Origin: an uncultured virus (IMG/VR IMGVR_UViG_3300010344_001075)
Taxonomy: Duplodnaviria; Heunggongvirae; Uroviricota; Caudoviricetes
Length of the DNA stretch: 64,000 bases
Strand: one strand, 5' to 3'
IMG/VR virus record: IMGVR_UViG_3300010344_001075
The translations under genes were made by a program, and so were the position numbers. Under the pieces are notes generated by a model. That model saw only the letters and a program-made list of their open reading frames with translations, made no database searches and was not told the DNA's origin. Within the stretch, counting starts at the first letter, position 1; each line of letters opens with the position of its first letter. Shown here piece after piece: positions 18,680 to 28,898 of the stretch.

Positions 18680-19426
18680 ATGCCAAGAGGTGTTTATATA
18701 CATAAAAAAGGAAGGAAAATAACTTGGGGTGATAAAATATCTGAAGCTTTAAAAGGTCATACATTTTCGAAAGAACATAAATTACAATTAAGTGAATGTC
18801 ACAAAGGGTATGTTATGCCTGAGGCACAAAAGGAAAAGATACGAAAATCTTGTTTAGGAAAGAATAAAGGTAAAAAAATATCTGAGGAACATAAGAATGT
18901 GCTTCGTAATATAAATAAAGGAAGGCAGCTATCTGAAGAAACAAAAAGAAAGATTGGTAATAAATCAAGAGGTAGACATCATACAAAAGAAGCCAAAGAA
19001 AAAATTAGGAGATTTACAACAGGTAGAAAAAGACCAGAATTGACAGGGGACAAGAATCCAATGCACACCCATCCCAATTCATATAAATCTAAATTTGGAA
19101 AATGTGGATATAGACAAGATATTGGAATTTTTGTAAGATCAAGGTGGGAAGCAAATGTATATAGAATATATAAGTATTTGGGATATAAAATTGAGTATGA
19201 ACCAAAATCATTCAAACTTTCTGATGGTAGAACGTACCGTCCAGATTTTTATATCAAGGAATTAAATTTGTGGATAGAAGTAAAAGGATGTTGGTTAAAA
19301 GATGCAAAAAGTAGATTTGATTTATTTCAATTGGATTATCCTGAAATAAATATTCAGGTGATTGATCCTCTTAAATATAAAGAATTATTACAAACATACT
19401 CAAGTAAAATAAATATGGAAGGGTAA
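18680..19426 (+). CDS. free-standing homing endonuclease: NUMOD3 repeats + PD-(D/E)xK nuclease
   Basis: Repeated SEE(H/T)K.KI motifs; RS.WE, YEP, Y.PDF, IEVKG; AT-rich DNA. Confidence 0.85.
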   Translation: MPRGVYIHKKGRKITWGDKISEALKGHTFSKEHKLQLSECHKGYVMPEAQKEKIRKSCLGKNKGKKISEEHKNVLRNINKGRQLSEETKRKIGNKSRGRHHTKEAKEKIRRFTTGRKRPELTGDKNPMHTHPNSYKSKFGKCGYRQDIGIFVRSRWEANVYRIYKYLGYKIEYEPKSFKLSDGRTYRPDFYIKELNLWIEVKGCWLKDAKSRFDLFQLDYPEINIQVIDPLKYKELLQTYSSKINMEG

Positions 19427-19430
19427 TGCT

Positions 19431-20999
19431 ATGTGGGACATAAATGATGTAGATAAGCACAAGAAGGGTTTATCTGACAAAAAGAAAAAGCAATGGGTTC
19501 GCATTGCCAATGCCGCTTTGGTGTCGTGTATGAAGAAAGGTGGTACTGATGAGGAGTGTGCTGCCAAGGCAATAAAACAGGCAAACGGCGTTGTTAACGC
19601 AAACAGTGGTGCTTACGCAGTGTACAAGAACCGACCTGACTCAGATTATGAAGTCACCCTTACTGTACATCAGGAAAGACCCTGTTATGTGGTACCTGTT
19701 GTAATGATGGTAGAGGGGGTACATAATGGAAGCCATGGACCACTTCTCCATAAAATTGATGAACTTGGGAAAATTCCGGCTGCTTGGAATGGTATCCCTG
19801 TTGTGATAGATCACCCGGAGGATGAGGCCGGTACTCCGATTTCAGCGAACTCTCCCGAGGTTATTGATAAGCGAACAGTTGGACGGGTATATAATACGAA
19901 TGTCGATGGAACGAGATTATGCGCGGAAGTTTGGTTGGATGAAGAGAAACTTAATTCGATTGCTCCTGAAATACTTGAAGACATCACAAATAATAAACTT
20001 ATTGAAGTTAGCGTGGGGGTATTTTCGGAGGAAGAGGAAGAAAAGGGTGTCTGGAACGGGGAAGAGTACGTAGCAAAAGCATACAACTATCGGCCGGATC
20101 ACCTTGCCATACTTACAGAGTTCGTTGGGGCCTGTTCTTGTGAGGATGGGTGTGGTTTGCGAAACAACAAACAAAATGACATGATACAGGTATCAATTGA
20201 AGGAACATTAAAAGGTAAGGATCTTGTTCTTGCATTAAACAGGCAAGGTGTTGCCACACGGGCAATCGGTAATCATGCCGATGCTGGGTACAAAGAGAAG
20301 CTGGATGCTGTTTATTCGGCGTTACGGGCAGTAGATGGGGATGACTCTTACAGTTACTTGGAGGAGATGTTTGACACCTACTTGATATATAGCAAGAGTA
20401 GCAAAGGTGCTACCAAAATGTATAAACAGGATTATTCGTTTGAGAGCGGGAAACTTGAATTGACGGGAAATCCTGTTGAAGTCCATCGTAAGGTGGAGTA
20501 TGTGACTAATGATTTGAATACTAACAAAAAGGAGGTAAAAATGAGTAAAGAATGCGCTCCTTGCATCAAAGAGAAGGTTGATCATCTGATTGCAAACAGT
20601 CAGGGTCGCTGGACCGAAGATGACAGGGAATTTCTTCAGACGCTCTCCGAAGCTCAGTTGGATAAAATGAAGCCAATTGAGACAGAGAAGGTCGTTGAGA
20701 AGAAAATCGAAGTGAACAAACTCACTCCGCAGCAGGAAGCCGACCTTGCCTTTGTGGCAAACATGCGTGCGGAGAAAAAGAGGAGTATGATCTCTGGGAT
20801 TCAGGCAAACACTTCGAAAGAACTGTGGCCTGATGAAGTACTGAATGGAATGGACGACGCGAACCTTGAGAGAGTGTTCAAGTCTGTCAAGAAAGAGGAA
20901 GTTGTTGATTATTCACTTGGTGGTGAAGTACCAATCCGGACGAACGCTGGTGAAGAGCCGATGCTTCCTCCTATGGTTGAAGAAACACCTAAAAAGTAA
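19431..20999 (+). CDS. prohead protease/scaffold (DUF2213-like)
   Basis: WNGIPVVIDHP, EVSVG, PDHLAIL..GACS..DGCG; charged helical C-terminal region. Confidence 0.85.
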   Translation: MWDINDVDKHKKGLSDKKKKQWVRIANAALVSCMKKGGTDEECAAKAIKQANGVVNANSGAYAVYKNRPDSDYEVTLTVHQERPCYVVPVVMMVEGVHNGSHGPLLHKIDELGKIPAAWNGIPVVIDHPEDEAGTPISANSPEVIDKRTVGRVYNTNVDGTRLCAEVWLDEEKLNSIAPEILEDITNNKLIEVSVGVFSEEEEEKGVWNGEEYVAKAYNYRPDHLAILTEFVGACSCEDGCGLRNNKQNDMIQVSIEGTLKGKDLVLALNRQGVATRAIGNHADAGYKEKLDAVYSALRAVDGDDSYSYLEEMFDTYLIYSKSSKGATKMYKQDYSFESGKLELTGNPVEVHRKVEYVTNDLNTNKKEVKMSKECAPCIKEKVDHLIANSQGRWTEDDREFLQTLSEAQLDKMKPIETEKVVEKKIEVNKLTPQQEADLAFVANMRAEKKRSMISGIQANTSKELWPDEVLNGMDDANLERVFKSVKKEEVVDYSLGGEVPIRTNAGEEPMLPPMVEETPKK

Positions 21000-21011
21000 G
21001 GAGGATAAACA

Positions 21012-21494
21012 ATGGCTTACAACACTATTAAAATCAAAAAGTACCTGGATATTATCGAGGAGTTTATTGCAGCCGATGCAATATATCCGGGTATGGTTGT
21101 GGAGATGGACTCTGCTGGTAAGGTAAAAGCCCATGCCACTTCCGGGGGAAACGTCGTTCCTGTAATGGTTGCTCTGGAAGATGAGCTTCAGGGAAAAGGA
21201 ATCGATGACGCTTACGCCGCCAATGATAAGGTCCAGGTATGGATTCTTAATTCTGGAGAGGTGTTCTACGGGATAATTGCTGACGGGCAGACGATTGCGA
21301 AGGGTGACCTTCTTGAGTCGGATGCAGGTGGCCGATTGATCAAGCACGTACCTGATGAAGGTTCAGTGAATGCAATCTACCAGAATGCTATTGTCGGCGT
21401 CGCCCTTGACGCTGTCAGTACTGCTGCCGGTTCAGAAGACAGTGATATCAATTTCCTCTCTATTTACAGGAGGATTCCGGTAAGAGTTCGTTAA
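21012..21494 (+). CDS. head decoration/cement protein
   Basis: Between scaffold and capsid genes; A...I.PG, GDLLES...G.L motifs; GGAGG RBS. Confidence 0.75.
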   Translation: MAYNTIKIKKYLDIIEEFIAADAIYPGMVVEMDSAGKVKAHATSGGNVVPVMVALEDELQGKGIDDAYAANDKVQVWILNSGEVFYGIIADGQTIAKGDLLESDAGGRLIKHVPDEGSVNAIYQNAIVGVALDAVSTAAGSEDSDINFLSIYRRIPVRVR

Positions 21495-21516
21495 TTAAAA
21501 ATAGGAGGAAAATACA

Positions 21517-22629
21517 ATGAATGATATCTTTGTTGATCTTATCGCGAATGGACAGGCTCAGGGGCAGGTTGCTCAGATGATCCTTAACAACGGCCGTATG
21601 GATACGGGCCGTATGCGTCCATTTATCGGGAGAGACGGCCGTGCGTATATGACCGTTTACAAAGGGGGTGACCCCAGGAAGCCCGAGAGTTATGCAGTTA
21701 TTCAGTCATACGCTGGTGCTACTCTCCGCAGGGATGAGTGGAAGCGTTTGGATGAAGCGATTGTAGAACCTTCCCGTTATCGCCTTGGTGGTGTGGAAGA
21801 CCTTATTTCCAATGGTCTTGTGTATAACCTTGGCAACGGACTTGGCACTACGGTGCTTGAGTGGCATGACGTGAGTGAAGGTATGAATGCTGTAGTAACA
21901 ATGGACGGCGTTACCCGTGGTAACAACGACCGTGTTGTCTTCCAGCACAATTACCTGCCCCTCCCGATAATTCATGCTGACTACGAAATCAACGCCCGTG
22001 TTCTTGCCGCCAGTCGTAATATGGGGAACCCCCTTGACACGACTATGGCAGAAAGGGCCGCGCGCAGGATTCTCGAACTGAAGGAGAAGATGCTGTTTAC
22101 CGATGTTACATATTCCTATGGTGAAACAGACACCCGTGGACGTAACACGATTTACAGTTATATCAACTTCCCGGATCGTAACCTTGTTAACCTGAGTATT
22201 CCTTGGGACAACTCGGCTTGCACTGGCAAGATGATTCTTCAGGATGTTCTTGAGATGAAGCAGGCAAGTTTGACTGCGCTGCACTATGGGCCGTGGATGC
22301 TTTACATTCCTCCCGCTTATGAGACTGTTCTTGATGATGACTATGTTGGGTCCAATCCTGATACCGCTCCTACAGTGACGGTAAGGCAGCGGCTCCTTGG
22401 CATTGCCGGAATCAAGGGTATCAAAGTGATTGACACACTTCCTGCAAACAACGTTCTTCTCGTCCAGATGACATCTGACGTTGTACGTCTTGTAAGAGGT
22501 ATGGCTCTCCAGAACGTTGAGTGGAAGACCGAAGGTAATATGGTTACCAAGTACAAGGTAATGACTATCGAGGTTCCGCAGATTCGTTCTGACATCAACG
22601 GCAAGTGTGGTATTGTACACATGTCATAA
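21517..22629 (+). CDS. major capsid protein (HK97 fold, encapsulin/Linocin-M18-like subgroup)
   Basis: EW..LDEAI, PLPIIHADY.I.AR.L.ASR..G.PLDT, YGP..LY motifs; strong RBS. Confidence 0.85.
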   Translation: MNDIFVDLIANGQAQGQVAQMILNNGRMDTGRMRPFIGRDGRAYMTVYKGGDPRKPESYAVIQSYAGATLRRDEWKRLDEAIVEPSRYRLGGVEDLISNGLVYNLGNGLGTTVLEWHDVSEGMNAVVTMDGVTRGNNDRVVFQHNYLPLPIIHADYEINARVLAASRNMGNPLDTTMAERAARRILELKEKMLFTDVTYSYGETDTRGRNTIYSYINFPDRNLVNLSIPWDNSACTGKMILQDVLEMKQASLTALHYGPWMLYIPPAYETVLDDDYVGSNPDTAPTVTVRQRLLGIAGIKGIKVIDTLPANNVLLVQMTSDVVRLVRGMALQNVEWKTEGNMVTKYKVMTIEVPQIRSDINGKCGIVHMS

Positions 22630-22673
22630 ACTGAAGTTGACTAATCAAGTCATTTCATTAAAAACTATCAATT

Positions 22674-23165
22674 ATGGAACGTACAAAAAAGAATGAGAAG
22701 CCTCCGGAAAATGAACCTGAGGTTCCTGAAACACCTGAGGTTCCTGAAACACCTGAGGTTCCTGAAACACCTGAGGTTCCTGAAACACCTGAGGTTCCTG
22801 AAACACCTGAGGTTCCTGAATCCAAGGAAGAACCAATTCCTGTTGACCCCGATCCGATTATAACATGGAAGAAAACCGGAGGGGGCTCACTTCGCCTTGC
22901 TAAGCGATTAATTCCCCCTGGGGCAACGTTTAAGGCCCGGGTAAGTGAGATACCCAAAGGGTTCCGGGATGTGGTTATTCCAATGGAGCTCATACCAGAG
23001 GCACAACAGGTAACAGTACCTCCGGTAAAGTCAGCCTTCCAGGTAGTACCACGTGGTAAGAGCAAGTCAATGTTTGACATCATTGGTGCGAATGGTAAGC
23101 GGATGAACGAACAGCCCTTAACAAAGGCCGTTGCGGAACGTCTTAAAGCCGACCTGGAAAAATGA
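22674..23165 (+). CDS. hypothetical head-associated protein with PEVPET repeats
   Basis: Follows the capsid gene; repeat-containing N-terminus. Confidence 0.75.
   Translation: MERTKKNEKPPENEPEVPETPEVPETPEVPETPEVPETPEVPETPEVPESKEEPIPVDPDPIITWKKTGGGSLRLAKRLIPPGATFKARVSEIPKGFRDVVIPMELIPEAQQVTVPPVKSAFQVVPRGKSKSMFDIIGANGKRMNEQPLTKAVAERLKADLEK
22716..22823 (+). repeat. 18-bp tandem repeat CCTGAGGTTCCTGAAACA x6 (last copy ends TCC)
   Basis: Direct reading. Confidence 0.95.
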
Positions 23166-23869
23166 CCTGGCGAGTTCCTAAAATATGGGAAGGTGGTGAT
23201 GTTTGGATCATAGGGGGAGGCCCGTCTGTGCCTCGTCAATTTGATGTTCCTGAGGATATCATTCAAAAGGTAACTCAAGGGACTCTCCCTCCAAACGCCT
23301 ACTCACCCTATATGCATCCAATACATGACAAGCACGTCATTGGTGTAAATATGTCATATAAACTTGGCATGTGGATAGATGTAGTAATGTTTGGGGATAG
23401 TGGGTTTTTCCTTAAAGAAAGAAATGGTTTAGCAACCTTTCCCGGAATCAAGGTTTCATGTAATACAGGCAGCCAAGGAGAGCGGTGGATTAAACATCTT
23501 GGAAGAGATGGCTCTCATTCAAAAGGGATAAGTACCAATCCAATGTTGGTGGGATGGAATGGTAATACAGGTGGGGCGGCAATCAACCTTGCCGTTCATA
23601 TGGGGGCTAAACGGATTTTACTCCTAGGCTTTGATATGAATTTGGATGGTACACGCATGCAACACTGGCATGATTTGTATGGAAAAGGACCTGTATTGGA
23701 TGAGAGGAGAAAGAGAAAACTGCCATTTTCTAGGCATATCACGTCCTTTTCGTTTATTGCGGCAGACGCTAAGAGGCTTGGTGTAGAAATCATCAATCTA
23801 TCCCCAGGCAGTTCAATTAATGATTTTCCTAAGATGTCCGTTAAAGAATTTTTACTTGATACGAAGTGA
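23162..23869 (+). CDS. Maf/DUF115-like putative glycosyltransferase
   Basis: IIGGGPS, IGVN, N(T)G..AINLA..GAKRILLLGFD. Confidence 0.7.
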   Translation: MTWRVPKIWEGGDVWIIGGGPSVPRQFDVPEDIIQKVTQGTLPPNAYSPYMHPIHDKHVIGVNMSYKLGMWIDVVMFGDSGFFLKERNGLATFPGIKVSCNTGSQGERWIKHLGRDGSHSKGISTNPMLVGWNGNTGGAAINLAVHMGAKRILLLGFDMNLDGTRMQHWHDLYGKGPVLDERRKRKLPFSRHITSFSFIAADAKRLGVEIINLSPGSSINDFPKMSVKEFLLDTK

Positions 23870-23870
23870 C

Positions 23871-24656
23871 ATGAATATTGTTAAGTTGGCAGGGGGATTA
23901 GGTAATCAATTATTCCAATACGCATTCGGAAGAGTTGTACAAGAATGCAGTGGAAATAAAACGGCGTATGATAAAACGTGGTATGATACAACTCGTATCC
24001 CTCCTAGGCCTTATGTGTTAGGTCAATTTCAAGTAGAGGTTCCCACATCAGGTTATTTAAAAACAGGTAAGGTTGTGGAGAAGATAAGTGAAGGGATCCC
24101 CTCCTTGTATGTTGATAATAAATATTTCCAGGGATATTGGCAGAACCCTGATTTGTACAGTTTCAAATTGATAGAGGAATTTCGTGAACAGTTTCATGTG
24201 CGGCCACAGTATCAAACCGCTGCGTTTTTAGAATTACGGAAACAAGTACAATCTTGCAATTCAATTGCCCTCCATGTACGTCGTGGGGATTATCTATTGC
24301 ATCCAAATCATTTGGTATTGCCTTTACAGTATTACCAAAATGCTTTATCTTACATGGACGCAATGAAAAAGAATACCGAGGTATTTGTATTCAGTGATGA
24401 TTTGGATTGGTGTCGAGAAAATTTTATGGATTGTCACTTTGTAGAATTGGGGGATGAATGTTTGGAATTTGATTTAATGAGATCTTGTAAACATTTTATT
24501 ATTGCCAATTCTACGTTCTCTTGGTGGGCTGCTTATTTATCATTGAATGCCACTATTATTGGGCCGAAGCGGTGGTGGCGGAGTAATGTAAATGGATTTG
24601 GTGTTTATGAGAAAAGAATGAAGCGTAATGATTGGTTAAACATATCGTTATCGTAA
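23871..24656 (+). CDS. GT11 alpha-1,2-fucosyltransferase-like
   Basis: GGLGNQLFQYA, GYWQ, HVRRGDY, FSDD..WC, IANSTFSWWAA. Confidence 0.92.
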   Translation: MNIVKLAGGLGNQLFQYAFGRVVQECSGNKTAYDKTWYDTTRIPPRPYVLGQFQVEVPTSGYLKTGKVVEKISEGIPSLYVDNKYFQGYWQNPDLYSFKLIEEFREQFHVRPQYQTAAFLELRKQVQSCNSIALHVRRGDYLLHPNHLVLPLQYYQNALSYMDAMKKNTEVFVFSDDLDWCRENFMDCHFVELGDECLEFDLMRSCKHFIIANSTFSWWAAYLSLNATIIGPKRWWRSNVNGFGVYEKRMKRNDWLNISLS

Positions 24657-25393
24657 TGGATATACTAATAACAACGGCTCCGAAGGATTTTAACAAACTC
24701 AAGTTTAACTATGAGTCCATTGTGCGGAACATAGAAGGAATTGATGAGGTTATCTATGTTTCTCCCGTGGTTATTCCATCTGAATATTTACCGAATAAAG
24801 ATGTTCTTTGTTTCACTGATGCTGGGGTACTTGATTTTGATTTCTTCCTTATTAAGGATGCCAAACGACGTGGTTGGTATCGGCAACAGTTCATTAAGTT
24901 GTTTCAAGAACTTACTTTTAGTAATTACCTTGTGGTTGATTCAGACGTATATATTTGCAAGCCGTTAAAGATAAGTGATGCCCAGCCAATATTTTACCTT
25001 GGGCAAGATCAACTACATCAACCTTACTTTAATTTGATGAAAGATCTTGTCAACCTTGACCGGGTTTATCCTCATTCTTTCATCAGTGAAATAATGTATT
25101 TTAAGAAAGACATTATTGATGAAATTGTTTCTTACGTAGGAGTTGATGATTATGAGTTCTTTAACAAGTGTGTCGCGTACATAAATGAGGCAAATGACCC
25201 TTCTGGTTTTTCCGAATACGAATTGTACGGAAATTTTACAACGAAATACTTTCCTGGGTTATACCAGTATGAACATATAAAGGTCCTTCCAAAAGCATTG
25301 AAGAGAGAATGGACTACCAAAGAGATTCAGCAGTTTATTGAGCAGAATAAAGACAAGGGGTTTGATTTATTAACAATGCATAGTTGGTTATGA
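24656..25393 (+). CDS. putative nucleotide-sugar transferase (DUF6492-like)
   Basis: GWYRQQFIKL, DSD (DxD), FSEYELYG. Confidence 0.7.
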   Translation: MDILITTAPKDFNKLKFNYESIVRNIEGIDEVIYVSPVVIPSEYLPNKDVLCFTDAGVLDFDFFLIKDAKRRGWYRQQFIKLFQELTFSNYLVVDSDVYICKPLKISDAQPIFYLGQDQLHQPYFNLMKDLVNLDRVYPHSFISEIMYFKKDIIDEIVSYVGVDDYEFFNKCVAYINEANDPSGFSEYELYGNFTTKYFPGLYQYEHIKVLPKALKREWTTKEIQQFIEQNKDKGFDLLTMHSWL

Positions 25394-26271
25394 GAGTAGT
25401 GATGTTTCATAGTGGGAAAGAGCTCCCAAGTTTCTTGGAAGCCAATTTTAAGCAGTTCCGGTATTTCAATCCGTCGGTCCCTGTTTATTTTCTTACGGAT
25501 TACCATCATTTACAAAATCCTGTCTTTGAGAAGTATTCAATAATTGCTGTTAACAAAGATGATTATTATTCTGAAAAGGTTACGCACTTTGAAATATTGT
25601 TTGGCAGAACTTCAAATGATTTTTGGACCTTGGCCGCAACGAGAATGCTATACATTGAAAATTTTATGCGGTTGCGGAGTATGACAAACGTTTACCATTT
25701 TGAAAATGATGTATTGATTTATTACAATTTACAGAAACATCATACATACCTTCGGCAATATTGGGGAATGTGGATTACCTTTGGTGGACCAGATAAGTGT
25801 ATGACTGGTTTTATGTTCATCAAGAATTATAAGGCTCTTCAACATATGACTAATTATTGGATTAATTTGCTTAGTGAATATGGTGTGGGTGGTGTAAAGA
25901 ACACATTCAAAGTTGATATGGTTAATGAGATGACGTTAATGCGGATATACGCAAGTGATGCGGAGTCAAAGTTACGCCCATTGCCTACGATGCCTGTTCC
26001 TCCAATGAACCATGGGTTTGAAGATTTTGGTTCTCTGTTTGATCCAGCTTCCTGGGGACAGTATGTAGGAGGTACCCGTAACGAAGGGCCTGGGGCAATG
26101 CCGCAGGACCATTACATTGGGGTATGGTTAAAGTCTTTACCAGAAGTCCGCCTTGTTTGGATATATGAAGATCATTTGAAAATACCAACTCTTATTTATA
26201 ATAACGAAGCATTTCGAATAAATAATTTGCATATTCACAGTAAGAACCTACATTTATACATAAGCAAATGA
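25390..26271 (+). CDS. putative glycosyltransferase-like protein
   Basis: FW..A..R, HFENDV, NEM, FDPASWGQY.GG, NLHIHSK. Confidence 0.6.
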   Translation: MRVVMFHSGKELPSFLEANFKQFRYFNPSVPVYFLTDYHHLQNPVFEKYSIIAVNKDDYYSEKVTHFEILFGRTSNDFWTLAATRMLYIENFMRLRSMTNVYHFENDVLIYYNLQKHHTYLRQYWGMWITFGGPDKCMTGFMFIKNYKALQHMTNYWINLLSEYGVGGVKNTFKVDMVNEMTLMRIYASDAESKLRPLPTMPVPPMNHGFEDFGSLFDPASWGQYVGGTRNEGPGAMPQDHYIGVWLKSLPEVRLVWIYEDHLKIPTLIYNNEAFRINNLHIHSKNLHLYISK

Positions 26272-27035
26272 TAGACTGGATACAAGGAGAACGGTTTATG
26301 GCATTGGCAAACAATGAAGACATATTCTACTGTCATACGCATGACGTGAATTATTTCTTTAAACACTTGCCAACTGAGAAACCTTTTATCCTTATCAGTC
26401 ATAATAGTGACGGGTGTATAATGAGGCATCCAGATCGGGCTGACCATGCCGATGTTGGTCTTATGCCCCCGAATCTTATTCATTGGTTTGGGCAGAATGT
26501 CAATACGGTAAATGTCAAAGTCAGTTCTTTACCATTGGGAATGGAAAATAACCGGTGGCTGAAGAAAGAACGCAAGCTCAAGAAAATGGAAGAGAAAGTA
26601 AATGAGCCACGTAAGATACGGAATTTACTTTATGTCAATCATAATGTGGCAACCAATCCAGAAGAGAGGCAACGTCCATATTTTCTCTTTGCAAAGCAGG
26701 ATTGGGTGACAATGAAAAGAGGAAAGAACGGGGAAAGTTTTTATGCGTACTTGGATGACTTGTACAATCATCAATTTATTCTTTCTCCGCAAGGGCATGG
26801 GATAGATACCGTTCGTACCTGGGAGGCGTTGTACATGGGCACAATCCCAATCGAGAAAAGAAACCTTAACAACCGTTTCTATGAGGATCTTCCAATCTGT
26901 TTTGTAAGTGAGTGGGAACAGATAACGGAAGAGTTCTTACAGGAAGAATATGTGAGGATAATGACAACCAAGTGGAACCTTGAGAAACTTAACTTTGAGT
27001 ATTGGGCAAACAAAATTAGGAACTATGATAAATGA
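26268..27035 (+). CDS. exostosin/GT47-like protein
   Basis: LISHNSD, F.LSP.G.G.DT.R.WEALY.G.IPI. Confidence 0.7.
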   Translation: MIDWIQGERFMALANNEDIFYCHTHDVNYFFKHLPTEKPFILISHNSDGCIMRHPDRADHADVGLMPPNLIHWFGQNVNTVNVKVSSLPLGMENNRWLKKERKLKKMEEKVNEPRKIRNLLYVNHNVATNPEERQRPYFLFAKQDWVTMKRGKNGESFYAYLDDLYNHQFILSPQGHGIDTVRTWEALYMGTIPIEKRNLNNRFYEDLPICFVSEWEQITEEFLQEEYVRIMTTKWNLEKLNFEYWANKIRNYDK

Positions 27036-27621
27036 TCGTTACATGGAATTGGTAAAACCTCAGTACAAGGTTTCTTATTTGGCATATTTGAAAGATGCTA
27101 AGAAGATGGAGGCCTTCAGCACACATCAACCACCACTTATACACATGCTTAACACTATTATTGAGGGGGAGGTGTTAGAGTTTGGAATGGGTTGGCACAG
27201 TACTCCAATAATGCACCTACTTTGTGGGATACAGGGTCGGAACCTGTTAAGTGTTGACACTGACAAGAATTGGTTTGACAAATTTAAGGACTACCGGGCA
27301 CCTTGGCATCAATTGCAACTGTCGGAACAAGAACCAATATTTAAAGGACAACACAGTATGTTTGATAAGCATTATGCCATTGCGTTTGTGGATGCAGCCC
27401 CGGCACAGATTCGGCAACCTGTTATTGAAAGAATCAAAGATGTGGCAGATTATGTTATTGTGCATGATTCAGAATGTACTTTCCAAGGAAGGAAGAATGC
27501 GTACGCATACGATTTTTCAATGTATAAGCATGTGTTGCACTTCCGTCCAATGAATCCTGCCACGTCGGTGTTGTCAAACTTGGATGAGATTCCAACTGAA
27601 GTAACAAGAATATTTGAATAA
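27025..27621 (+). CDS. class I SAM-dependent methyltransferase
   Basis: VLEFGMG..ST, SVD...W, FVD, VIVHD. Confidence 0.75.
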   Translation: MINDRYMELVKPQYKVSYLAYLKDAKKMEAFSTHQPPLIHMLNTIIEGEVLEFGMGWHSTPIMHLLCGIQGRNLLSVDTDKNWFDKFKDYRAPWHQLQLSEQEPIFKGQHSMFDKHYAIAFVDAAPAQIRQPVIERIKDVADYVIVHDSECTFQGRKNAYAYDFSMYKHVLHFRPMNPATSVLSNLDEIPTEVTRIFE

Positions 27622-28898
27622 TGGAAGAACGTAAAACCATAGTGCTTGTCTTACGAAGCGGAGGCGACTTTGCCATACGTGATGTTGAGTTAATCGCTCG
27701 GCATATTCAAGGTAAGTGGCAATCTCCAATTAAGCCTCGTATTATATGTCTGTGGGATAAGGCATCACAACATTATGATCTTGGTAATTTTGAATTGTTA
27801 CCGTTAAGCAATACATATCCTGGAACTTGGAGTCGCATCCAATTATACAGCCCAGAGATGGATCAGTATCGTCCGTTTTTGTATGTCGATCTCGACACAG
27901 CAGTTGTTAATTCTCTTGAGCAAATATTCGCTTCTATTATTGATCCATCTCTTTTTATTACTCTTGAGGATTTTTGGCAGAAGGGTTCTTTAGCAACCGG
28001 ACTTGTATGGTTCCCCAAAAATTGTGAAAAGACAAAAAAGGTTTGGGAGTCTTGGAAGATGCCGGTGGGTCGACGCATGGACAATTACATTCGCTCAGTT
28101 ATTTCGGCGGACACTTATTGGCAGAAATTAACCAATTCTATTTATGACTTCAAACCAAGGCGCGGAGGGTTACTCCAAAAAGTTCCGGAGGGGGCTTCGT
28201 TAATATGTTTTCATGGTAAACCTCGCATTTTTGAGGCAGTTAATATAGGATGGGTTAACACCTACGTAAATTCAAGGGTTTCCTGCCCGCTCCGGGGTGA
28301 TCGTAGTGTTACTGTTATAATACCGTACAACAAGGATCGGGGCTGGTTACAGGCAGCAAAAGACAGCGTACCTGAAGGCGTCCAGTTGATATTAAGTAAG
28401 GGGGACGGAAATTGGCCTGAGAATTTTAATGCGGTACTTGATAAGGCTACCGGGCGTTATATTCGTTGGTTACATGAGGACGATATGCTTACTCCAAATT
28501 GTATAGAGGATTCAATAAAGACATTTGAGGAACAAGATGTTGATTTCATTCATGGCCCCGCTGTTGAAATCTTTATGAACGCTGGACGAGCCACACAACG
28601 ATATACACCACCTATTAAATATCCTACCGTAGATGATTTATTGAGGAAGAATGTTTTGCACAGTGCTACAATGATGTATAAACGTGAGGTATTTGAAAAG
28701 GTGGGCAAAATGAATGAGACATTAAATACAGCAGAGGAATTTGAGTTTAATCTGCGGTGTTTAAAAGCAGGGTTGAAAATAGGGTACTGTGAAACACCTT
28801 TGGCTTTTTACCGCAGACACGCTCAGCAAAAGGTACGGGTCGTTCCAAAAGAACAGAAAGATAAAGAACGTGAACAAGTGAAACAGTTATACAGATGA
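27621..28898 (+). CDS. two-domain glycosyltransferase (GT8-like + GT2)
   Basis: N-domain Y.DLD and FHGKP; C-domain VTVIIPY, HEDD, GY...PL..YRRH..Q. Confidence 0.8.
   Translation: MEERKTIVLVLRSGGDFAIRDVELIARHIQGKWQSPIKPRIICLWDKASQHYDLGNFELLPLSNTYPGTWSRIQLYSPEMDQYRPFLYVDLDTAVVNSLEQIFASIIDPSLFITLEDFWQKGSLATGLVWFPKNCEKTKKVWESWKMPVGRRMDNYIRSVISADTYWQKLTNSIYDFKPRRGGLLQKVPEGASLICFHGKPRIFEAVNIGWVNTYVNSRVSCPLRGDRSVTVIIPYNKDRGWLQAAKDSVPEGVQLILSKGDGNWPENFNAVLDKATGRYIRWLHEDDMLTPNCIEDSIKTFEEQDVDFIHGPAVEIFMNAGRATQRYTPPIKYPTVDDLLRKNVLHSATMMYKREVFEKVGKMNETLNTAEEFEFNLRCLKAGLKIGYCETPLAFYRRHAQQKVRVVPKEQKDKEREQVKQLYR

Noticed and set aside
21706..22620. 304-aa antisense ORF
   Set aside because: Shadow of the codon-biased capsid gene.
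21517..22629. Encapsulin nanocompartment
   Set aside because: Sits after the protease/scaffold and decoration genes in a complete head module, so it is the phage capsid.
22658..23278. Antisense ORF with SGTSGV repeats
   Set aside because: Mirror of the PEVPET repeat on the coding strand.
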